A stretch of 15,745 bases of DNA, taken from the NCBI GenBank assembly GCA_048939765.1, contig JBHLPF010000054.1, forward strand, positions 1 through 15,745. Direction: 5' to 3'. Source of the DNA: Promethearchaeota archaeon (lineage in GTDB: Archaea > Asgardarchaeota > Thorarchaeia > Thorarchaeales > Thorarchaeaceae). The notes under the pieces were generated by a model. The model made no database searches and had not been told where the DNA came from. It saw nothing but the letters and a program-made list of their open reading frames with translations. A program made the translations under genes and the position numbers. Position 1 is the first letter of the stretch; the number at the start of each line of letters is the position of its first letter. Below are positions 7,564 to 14,585 of the stretch, one piece after another.

Positions 7564-8346
7564 ATGAAGTCTACTCAATACAGTGAAAAGGTACTCGAGC
7601 ACTTTCGCAATCCACGAAATGTCGGTGTATTGGAAGGAGATGACGTAGCGAGCGGTCGTGTGGGAAATCCCACCTGCGGAGACCTGATGGAGGTTTTCAT
7701 CAAGGTCGAGGATGATAGAATAGTCGATGCGAAGTTCAGGACGTTCGGATGTGGTTCGGCGATTGCCACAAGTAGCATGACCACAGAGATGGTGAAAGGG
7801 ATGACACTCGACGAAGCCATGCATGTCACTAGAGAAGACGTCGCTGAAGAATTGGATGGTCTGCCCCCCATCAAGATGCACTGCTCTAATCTTGCTGCGG
7901 ATGCGCTTCATGAAGCCATCAAAGCCTATCGTATAAGGGAGAATCCCGATGAGGCAGCAGCAAAGGAACCCAAGTATGAGCAGCCGGCTTGTGCGATAAT
8001 CGGGCAGGACGAATTCCTTGATAAGGGGGTCTATCTCGATGTGGATGATCTCGAGGACTTCGCCGATCAAAGGGTGCTAGTCCTCCATAGCGGTGACGAA
8101 TCAATTGAGGCAGCTCTTGAACTCACAGCACAAACAGATCGTGTGGTCCTGTTGACTCAAGAGAAAGAAGTTGTCACCAATGACACACTACGGGAGGAAC
8201 TTGAAGCCTCCAGTGTGAAAGTAATCACTGAGTCACGGCTACTGGAAATTCGAGGCGAGTTTGAAGTAGAGAAGGTACTCGTTCATAATCTCGATGAGGA
8301 TGAGAAGTACGAACTGTTCGTGGATGCCGTTGTACTTATCGAGTAG
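7564..8346 (+). CDS. iscU: IscU/NifU Fe-S scaffold fused to a degenerate TrxR/FNR-type NADPH-binding domain
   Basis: aa 1-125: YSEKVLEHFRNPRNVG, GNPTCGD, FGCGSAIA, LPPIKMHCS (all three Cys plus Asp and His). aa ~146-260: GQDEFLDKGV...RVLVLHSGDESIEAALEL...VVLL...LEIRGE..VEKVLV.N......ELFVDAVVL resembles the TrxR-family NADPH domain. Confidence 0.9.
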   Translation: MKSTQYSEKVLEHFRNPRNVGVLEGDDVASGRVGNPTCGDLMEVFIKVEDDRIVDAKFRTFGCGSAIATSSMTTEMVKGMTLDEAMHVTREDVAEELDGLPPIKMHCSNLAADALHEAIKAYRIRENPDEAAAKEPKYEQPACAIIGQDEFLDKGVYLDVDDLEDFADQRVLVLHSGDESIEAALELTAQTDRVVLLTQEKEVVTNDTLREELEASSVKVITESRLLEIRGEFEVEKVLVHNLDEDEKYELFVDAVVLIE

Positions 8347-8395
8347 TATTAGCTAATCCGGTAGATACAATTGTCCGCTCTACTTCATTAGCAAC

Positions 8396-8854
8396 ATGCG
8401 GACTGTGAGAAAAGCCACAAGTTCTGACAAAGATCTCCTTGTCAATCTATTCATTTCCGAAGTAGAAGACAAGAAAGACCTCGCTGAAGCTTTTGCCACC
8501 GATCTACTAAGATTTCAGACCATTCTCAGCCTTGATGACGACAAAATTGTAGGCACAGTGAGCTGGGATGTTAGGGGTGGCCTTGATGATGGCGTTGTTG
8601 AGTTGATTGGGCTTGGAGTGAACCCTGATTATAGAAGAAAAGGCGTTGCAAGAGAACTTGTCCAAACACTGATCCATGATGTATCAAAGCACTACTCAGA
8701 ACAGGGCCACAAGCTGCGAGTTATCTACCTCTTCATGGAGAAGAGCAATGAGGGAGGAAGAGCGTTCTATGAGTCTGTTGGGTTCAAGGAGGTTGCTGAT
8801 GTTCCAGACCTCTATCCACACGATGATGCTGCTATATGGACTATGCATCTATGA
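8396..8854 (+). CDS. GNAT-family N-acetyltransferase (RimI-like)
   Basis: VRKAT..D start, LGVNPDYRRKGVARELV acetyl-CoA motif A, N.GGRAFYESVGF motif B. Confidence 0.88.
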   Translation: MRTVRKATSSDKDLLVNLFISEVEDKKDLAEAFATDLLRFQTILSLDDDKIVGTVSWDVRGGLDDGVVELIGLGVNPDYRRKGVARELVQTLIHDVSKHYSEQGHKLRVIYLFMEKSNEGGRAFYESVGFKEVADVPDLYPHDDAAIWTMHL

Positions 8855-10917
8855 GGGAAAGAATTGTGGTGTATTTAGAGAGAGGCTTCCCTAGTGAGGC
8901 GATCGATGAGATTGCGTGGAGTGAAAGCAACTCGAGGAAGCCGATATACCATATGCACAAATGGTTTGCTCGAAGAGTAGGTAGCACCTTCAGAAGCATA
9001 ATCCTAAGCCTCTTCCTGGACGAGAATCCAATGACGCGATTCTACGAAGAAGTCGTATTGAAGAACGCTGACGGCGAAATCCCGATTATATTGGATCCAT
9101 TCATGGGGGGTGGGACCACCATTGTTGAAGGGCATCGTCTCGGGTGCAGGACCATCGGTGTGGATATCAATCCCATGGCCTGGTTCATTACGAAGAAGGA
9201 GTTGGAGGCTGTTGACGTCACTCAATTGGAGGACGAATTCCAGATAATTAGAGAAGCCGTTGGGTCAAAGATCCTTTCTCTCTACAGGACGATGTGTCCT
9301 GAGGGACATGAAGCAGACACAATGTATACGTTCTGGGTAAGAAGTGTAAAATGCCAGTCTTGTGACTTTGAAGTTCCTCTCTTCAAATCCTTCATCATTG
9401 CGAAACCCAAGGACAAGAGTGTAGTCTATTTCTGCCCATCTTGCAATGAGATCACTGTAGATGGACCCCTGTGCCACTGTGGAATGGACCTGACTAATCC
9501 ATATGCCACAAACAAGAGCTACCGTTGTCCAAATTGCCATCATACAGGGGATTTGACAGAAGCATGGTTGGCGGAGGATAGCCCTCCCCGGGAGAGGCCA
9601 TATGCACTCGAGTTCCACTGTTGTAAATGTGGGAGAGGGTACAAGACGCCAGAGGATCTAGACCTCAAGAGGATAGATGATGCTGAGAGGGAGTATAGTC
9701 AAAGAAAAGGGAGGCTAAGGGGCATGTTGATTCCGAACGACATGGTTCGCTGGAGCAATATGGCTACAATGCGTCCACGTTGTAATGTGTATAGAAGATA
9801 CAGTGACTTCTTCAATTCGCGTCAATTGCTTGCCCTTTCCTTGATTCTCGAACAGATTCTGCAAGTTCACGACAGAACAATCAGAGAATTCCTGCTTCTC
9901 ACATTTTCAGACACTCTCAATGCCAACAACATGTTTTGTATCTACAATGTTCATGCTTCGAAACTTGAGCCTCTTTTCGGCGGACACTATTTTTCCCCGC
10001 CCACTACTCCAGTTGAAAACAATGTATGGGGTACAAGGGTTGGTCGGGGAAGCTTCAGTAGATATGTAACCAAGGGAATACGGGCTCTAAGGTATCAGAA
10101 GAGTCCCTACGAGATTCGTTTTGCTGACGGGCACTCTGGAAAGAGCGAGCCTACAAGAATTAGGGAGAAAGTCAGTGTAGGAGATAAGATAGAAGCTCAG
10201 TTTGTAGAAAGATTCCAAGACCTGCAGTTTCGGAAGAGTTCCTTGCTGAAATGTCAATCATCAGAGAACTTGGACTTTATCCCAGACAAAGCTGTCGATG
10301 CGGTAGTCACTGATCCTCCCTACTTCGACAATATCATGTACTCCGAGCTTTCAGAGTTCTTCTATGTATGGTTGCGCCCGCAATTGCATGAAGCATATCC
10401 CTCGATATTCGGTCGAGAATCCAGCAACAGTGCAGATGAAATCCTCGTGTACAATAAGACTGGCAAGGATGCCGACTTCTATATCGAATCCATGACACGG
10501 GTTTATAGTGAACTCCATAGAGTGATGAAGGACAATGCCAAACTCGTGTTCGTCTTCCAGCATAAACGACTCAAAGCGTGGTCCGCCATATTGCAGATTC
10601 TTGTGAATGCAAGATTCTTTGTGGAAGCGGTATATCCGACGCATGGCGAAACGCCCAGCGGTGTTAGAGCATATGGCATCAACCGCAATGCGCTTCTCGT
10701 ATGCAGAAAGGTGGCTGACTCAAAAGCTAAAACAGAGCGCGCTCCCAGAGATGTGGCAGTGAAGAATATTGGCGAAGTGAGCCGTTCATCCCTCATGCTT
10801 CACCTTGGAAAGGCATTAGCTGCCTACTCGCAATACCCAAGCGTACATGAGGGGAGAATAACTGATGAGTGCATCAAAGACTTTGAATCGTTTGTCAACG
10901 ATAAATTGATGCAATGA
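8851..10917 (+). CDS. Adenine-specific DNA methyltransferase with Zn-ribbon insert (COG1743/DUF1156-like)
   Basis: LERGFP...I..E, MHKWFARR, motif I LDPFMGGGT..VE, several CxxC/CxxH pairs (CPEGH, CQSC, CPSC, CHC, CPNC, CCKC), F..RQLLAL, motif IV TDPPYFDNIMYSELSEFFYVWLR. ATG 8851 overlaps the GNAT stop (ATGA). Confidence 0.85.
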   Translation: MRERIVVYLERGFPSEAIDEIAWSESNSRKPIYHMHKWFARRVGSTFRSIILSLFLDENPMTRFYEEVVLKNADGEIPIILDPFMGGGTTIVEGHRLGCRTIGVDINPMAWFITKKELEAVDVTQLEDEFQIIREAVGSKILSLYRTMCPEGHEADTMYTFWVRSVKCQSCDFEVPLFKSFIIAKPKDKSVVYFCPSCNEITVDGPLCHCGMDLTNPYATNKSYRCPNCHHTGDLTEAWLAEDSPPRERPYALEFHCCKCGRGYKTPEDLDLKRIDDAEREYSQRKGRLRGMLIPNDMVRWSNMATMRPRCNVYRRYSDFFNSRQLLALSLILEQILQVHDRTIREFLLLTFSDTLNANNMFCIYNVHASKLEPLFGGHYFSPPTTPVENNVWGTRVGRGSFSRYVTKGIRALRYQKSPYEIRFADGHSGKSEPTRIREKVSVGDKIEAQFVERFQDLQFRKSSLLKCQSSENLDFIPDKAVDAVVTDPPYFDNIMYSELSEFFYVWLRPQLHEAYPSIFGRESSNSADEILVYNKTGKDADFYIESMTRVYSELHRVMKDNAKLVFVFQHKRLKAWSAILQILVNARFFVEAVYPTHGETPSGVRAYGINRNALLVCRKVADSKAKTERAPRDVAVKNIGEVSRSSLMLHLGKALAAYSQYPSVHEGRITDECIKDFESFVNDKLMQ

Positions 10918-10922
10918 CATTT

Positions 10923-12170
10923 TCATGCTATCTGATAGAGCCTAAACCCCAAGGGCAAACCATCCTCTGAATCCGAAACTATTCTGTCAATAACCCTTCG
11001 TATTCGTTCGGCACCTATTTCCGATACGGTGGCAAATCCAACAACATACGCACGAGATGATTCTGGCACGAGTTCTGGCAATTGCACCATGATGAATCTC
11101 CTGTTTCCGCCATCTGCCTGATTCTGTTCTAGCACAGCATGGGCAGTCGTACAGGATCCAGCAAAGAAATCCAGCACTATATCGTTCCGATCCGGCTCAG
11201 TACCAATATGCAATATCCGCTTCATGAGTCTAAGTGGCTTCGGGGTTTCAAAAACACCCACGTCGCCAAATATCTGGCGGATTGCTCTTCGAGCCTCTTG
11301 ATTATCCCCGACCTCACTCCGGTGCCATATGGTGCAAGGAGTTAGGCCTTGCTTGACTTCAGACAAGAATCGCTTGAGCCGCGGAACATTACTTCCCTCA
11401 GGGCCAAACCATATGCGATTGTCTGTCACCAGACTATTGAAGGAATCAAGACTCATGCCCCAACATCGTCCTCGCGGCGGACATACCTCTCGTCCGGATG
11501 GCGTTCTTATCACATAATCGTAGTCTTTGTTGTACGTTTTGACAGTCAAATCGCTTGATGTCCAGGGTCCTCTGGAGTCGCCATCAAGATTCTTGTAGCG
11601 AGAGTCCGTTTCATCGGTTCTTGGAAGCAGGCGAGGTCTCCACAATTCTTTGTTCCTCGCATAAACAAGAATGTAATCATGGTTATCTGAAAACCATCGA
11701 GCATCATTTTGGGGAGAGAACTTCTTTTCCCAGATTATTGTAGCCACGAAATTATCCTCCCCAAATACTTCATTCATAACCATTCGTAGATTATGAACCT
11801 CATTGTCATCAATTGACACAAAGATTACTCCGTCTTCACGCAGGAGTTCTCTTGACAATAGGAGGCGTGGGAAAATCATAGAAAGCCAATCAGCGTGAGT
11901 TTCGGCAAGCCTGTCACTATAGACGAAGCTGCCGCCTTTGTTATAGGGAGGGTCGATATAGATCACTTTGACCAATTCACAGTGGCTTTCGCGCAGAATC
12001 TTGAGAGCCTCCAGATTATCACCTTCAATGAACATGTTCTCAGTGGTTTCAGGAGAAATGGACCGCTCTTCCAGAAGCTTCAATGAATGAGGTGAACGCC
12101 CAGCTGCAGCAATCCTAGCGTCCTCTTTGCCAGGCCATGTAAATCTGCATTCAATGGAATCATTCTTCAA
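10923..12170 (-). CDS. Type III Mod-like (beta-class N6/N4) DNA methyltransferase, compact with no C-terminal domain
   Basis: FTWPGK, NMFIEGDNLEALKIL, IYIDPPYN, H.DWLSMIFPRL, DGVIFVSIDDNE, TRD (YKNLDGDSRGPW...PPRGRCW), FETPKP, VLDFFAGSCTTAHAV, RRFIMVQLPE, GFRLYQI. Probable TTG start at 12170 with GGTGG just upstream. Confidence 0.85.
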   Translation of the reverse strand: MKNDSIECRFTWPGKEDARIAAAGRSPHSLKLLEERSISPETTENMFIEGDNLEALKILRESHCELVKVIYIDPPYNKGGSFVYSDRLAETHADWLSMIFPRLLLSRELLREDGVIFVSIDDNEVHNLRMVMNEVFGEDNFVATIIWEKKFSPQNDARWFSDNHDYILVYARNKELWRPRLLPRTDETDSRYKNLDGDSRGPWTSSDLTVKTYNKDYDYVIRTPSGREVCPPRGRCWGMSLDSFNSLVTDNRIWFGPEGSNVPRLKRFLSEVKQGLTPCTIWHRSEVGDNQEARRAIRQIFGDVGVFETPKPLRLMKRILHIGTEPDRNDIVLDFFAGSCTTAHAVLEQNQADGGNRRFIMVQLPELVPESSRAYVVGFATVSEIGAERIRRVIDRIVSDSEDGLPLGFRLYQIA

Positions 12171-12237
12171 GACATGTCCACCAGGCAATAAGATGTGAAG
12201 CAAGAAACGCTCTTGGGGACTCCATATTTCAGTATTT

Positions 12238-12414
12238 TCAACGACTCTCAAGTTGATTGTGGGCAACACCAATATTCTTCTTAGGCCGGGAGAGATGCTA
12301 TCTAATTGTTCGGGATGGAATGCCCAACACCTCACCTAGATGCTCCGCTGATGCTTTTGCGCCAACCATGTCGAGGGTCCCAATAATGAACAGATCTTTC
12401 TTGTCTAACGCCAT
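12238..12414 (-). pseudogene. Lrp/AsnC-like HTH regulator remnant interrupted by an in-frame TAG
   Basis: Manual translation from ATG 12414: MALDKKDLFIIGTLDMVGAKASAEHLGEVLGIPSRTIR*HLSRPKKNIGVAHNQLESR*. It matches the Lrp/AsnC pattern LD..D..I...L......S..ELA..LG.S..T.R.R...L, with TAG at 12300-12298. Confidence 0.6.
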
Positions 12415-12570
12415 TGCTTGCGTCAGTGAATCGCTTCCGATTGGCTATCACCCGAGTTTCCCATTTACCGATGTGTTTCTGAGCACCAAAAGATTACGCT
12501 ATTGATAACCCTTATAAAAAATAACTCAGCACTTCTGGGCTTGAGCAAGTGTTAGTGGCAACACGATGGC

Positions 12571-12611
12571 TTTAATATGGCCGAAAGTTGCTATTATACA
12601 CCTGACGGTGA
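12571..12611 (+). promoter_or_regulatory. Candidate TATA box (TTTAATA) and GGTGA RBS for the wHTH gene
   Basis: TTTAATA at 12571-12577; GGTGA at 12607-12611; ATG at 12618. Confidence 0.5.
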
Positions 12612-12617
12612 TAACAG

Positions 12618-12902
12618 ATGCGCCTGCCGTTCAACCTAACAAGAAGTTCAATTGTTATACTAGACACATTGGCTTATGACGGTCCGATGTATCCGCAGGA
12701 GATCGCAACAAAGGTGGGACTCGCTCCCAGAACTGTGACGCTAGCACTCAGCAACCTCTTGAAACAAGATCTCTGTCATAAAGTTGCGAATTTCGAAGAC
12801 ATGCGTAAACCACTCTATCACGCAGATATAGCTACGGTTCAGAAGCTTAGAAAGGAAATTGAAATCTGGAAATCAATTGCAGCATTGCGCTTCCGAGTCT
12901 AG
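12618..12902 (+). CDS. Small winged-helix (MarR/ArsR-like) DNA-binding protein
   Basis: LTRSSIVILDTL..DGPM.PQEIA.KVGLAPRTV..AL..L.KQDL HTH, followed by a wing with DMRKPLY (MarR-like DxR). Confidence 0.8.
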   Translation: MRLPFNLTRSSIVILDTLAYDGPMYPQEIATKVGLAPRTVTLALSNLLKQDLCHKVANFEDMRKPLYHADIATVQKLRKEIEIWKSIAALRFRV

Positions 12903-13026
12903 GCGTGTGCATGATTATTCACATTCCTCAATAGGTCCTATCGCTCCTGTGGGAATCGAGAGGCCCTCACGTCTATCGAGCTAGATGACAGAATGACTTA
13001 TCGCGGGCTCTGAATCACAGCGATTG

Positions 13027-14043
13027 ATGATTATTCACGAGGCATTGACAGCGCTCCCAAAAGTAGAGCTCCACATACACCTGCTTGGCACTATAAGACC
13101 CTCGACTCTGCTTGATTTCATAGATGAAGCTGAAATCGATACGCCTTACAATTCAGAGCCAGACTTGGCTCAGCTTTTCCAGTATCAAGACTTTGGCCAC
13201 TTTATCTCCGTCTATGGAGAAGTTGTCGACTATATAACCAAGGAGAAGCAGTTCGAGAGACTCGCATATGAGATGCTTGAAGATCTTGCGGAGCATAACG
13301 TCAGGTATGCAGAGATTAGCTTCTCAGCTCCAGACCACATGAGAAGAGAGCTTGAATTCAATGCAATGCTCGACGCAATTGGCAGAGGCATACGTCGCGC
13401 AAATCGGAAGATGAGGATTGAGGCAGATGTGAGAATCGACTTAGTAAGGAATTATGGACCTGAATCAGCCTCGGAAGTCTTGGACTGCATTCGAGATAGA
13501 CCTGACAGCATTGTTTCTGTGGACATCGGTGGAAGCGAACACAAGTTTCCTGCAAAGCCTTTTTTCCCTGTATACAACGAAGCCCGAGAAATGGGACTGC
13601 ATCTTGTTGCACATGCAGGAGAAGCAGAAGGACCTAAATCAATTTGGGATGTGATTAGGTTTCTAGGAGTAGAGCGGATCGGCCACGGAACATCAGCTAT
13701 AACCGACACCAAATTGATGGACCATATCAAGGAAAAAGGAATAGTGATCGAGTCATGTCCCGTGAGCAATGTCAGAACAGGAGTGGTCGCCTCGATCGAA
13801 GAACATCCAATCAGAGAATTCTATGAAAGGGGGCTCTTGGTCACGGTGAGTAGTGACGACCCTGCGTTCTTTGACACCGATATTTCATTTGAATATGTTC
13901 AGCTCCACGACCATCTGGGATTCTCCTTATCGGACCTTTACTCAATTACACAAAATGGAGTCAGGTCTGCCTTCATATCAGATAGCAAGAAAGATGCACT
14001 CCTTGATGAAATTGAAGAAACGTACGACAGAATCATGACATGA
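13027..14043 (+). CDS. add: Adenosine/adenine deaminase-family amidohydrolase
   Basis: LPKVELHIHL.G, NVRYAEI.F, AHAGE, ERIGHG, IESCPVSN, HPI, VSSDDP. All metal and catalytic residues are present. Confidence 0.85.
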   Translation: MIIHEALTALPKVELHIHLLGTIRPSTLLDFIDEAEIDTPYNSEPDLAQLFQYQDFGHFISVYGEVVDYITKEKQFERLAYEMLEDLAEHNVRYAEISFSAPDHMRRELEFNAMLDAIGRGIRRANRKMRIEADVRIDLVRNYGPESASEVLDCIRDRPDSIVSVDIGGSEHKFPAKPFFPVYNEAREMGLHLVAHAGEAEGPKSIWDVIRFLGVERIGHGTSAITDTKLMDHIKEKGIVIESCPVSNVRTGVVASIEEHPIREFYERGLLVTVSSDDPAFFDTDISFEYVQLHDHLGFSLSDLYSITQNGVRSAFISDSKKDALLDEIEETYDRIMT

Positions 14044-14044
14044 A

Positions 14045-14383
14045 TTATTCCGTGAAGCATTGCCTTAGGACCGCATGCATGATGGCGCCTCTGATGTGGT
14101 CAACGTCTGGAATTCCTACTATTACTTCCCCGCAGATCTGTATAGTTGGGAGACCCAATGGTCCATCGAAATCAAGCCTCTCCGGGGTGACAGAGTCTGC
14201 ATTAACCAAAGATATTGCTTCGTATGGAAGACTGAAGTCAGAAACGACCTCCTTTAGAATCTCCCAGGCAGTATCGCAGAAGAAGCAGCCATCTCCAGTG
14301 TAGAGAGTGATACAGCCAGTCTTTCCGCAAGGTGTTTTACACTCTGCGCAGTCGTACAGGGGTTGATGGGTCCAGACAGTCAT
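14045..14383 (-). CDS. Thioredoxin/glutaredoxin-fold protein with a Cys-rich N-terminal extension
   Basis: ITLYTGDGCFFC..A..IL (beta-CxxC-helix), GLPTIQI.G.VIVG.P (cis-Pro motif), and an extra CAECKTPCGKTGC. Confidence 0.75.
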   Translation of the reverse strand: MTVWTHQPLYDCAECKTPCGKTGCITLYTGDGCFFCDTAWEILKEVVSDFSLPYEAISLVNADSVTPERLDFDGPLGLPTIQICGEVIVGIPDVDHIRGAIMHAVLRQCFTE

Positions 14384-14408
14384 TGCAATAAATCCAGTTG
14401 AAAGCGAG

Positions 14409-14416
14409 TATATAGG
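14409..14416 (-). promoter_or_regulatory. Candidate TATA box (CCTATATA) for a leaderless thioredoxin-like transcript
   Basis: TATATA ends 26 nt upstream of ATG 14383, which is the spacing expected for an archaeal leaderless mRNA. Confidence 0.45.
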
Positions 14417-14585
14417 CGATTGTAGAAAAACTCTCCACCAATAATCTTGCGAGATTAAGCGTCTAGCTAAGCTCTATGAAAGATATCTTGGAACAGTTGT
14501 TATTCTCCTCGGGTTCTCTTCCACTGGAGATTCGGAGGCGTCCTAGAGCCTACATGCCGACTTAACAAACGGCCATTCATAGAGT

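Noticed and set aside
7435-8070. 211-aa minus-strand ORF and the other short antisense or alternate-frame ORFs (e.g. 713-1027, 2095-2463, 4619-4984, 12257-12505, 13452-13769, 14040-14303)
   Set aside because: These are shadows of well-supported genes on the opposite strand or in another frame, with no recognisable motifs.
1731-12170. DNA phosphorothioation (Dnd/Ssp) system suggested by IscS + PP-loop protein + ParB-like protein + MTases
   Set aside because: The PP-loop protein has LarE-specific motifs rather than DndC/SspD (PAPS reductase) ones. There is no DndD/SspC ATPase or DndE, the genes are not co-operonic, and iscS is coupled to iscU.
10923-12170. Phase-variable simple sequence repeat in mod (phasevarion)
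   Set aside because: No homopolymer or short tandem repeat tract was seen in or upstream of the gene.
12171-12335. N-terminal extension of the Mod ORF as given in the track (start 12335)
   Set aside because: It has no similarity to Mod N-termini and overlaps the HTH remnant in another frame. A TTG with an RBS at 12170 fits better.
8851-12414. Defined mobile element carrying the MTases
   Set aside because: No integrase, transposase, tRNA target, or terminal or direct repeats were detected by eye.
12903-13023. Structured ncRNA, tRNA or CRISPR repeats in the intergenic gaps (also 12415-12617 and 14384-14585)
   Set aside because: Only short, imperfect stems are present, with no cloverleaf, T-loop motif or regularly spaced repeats.
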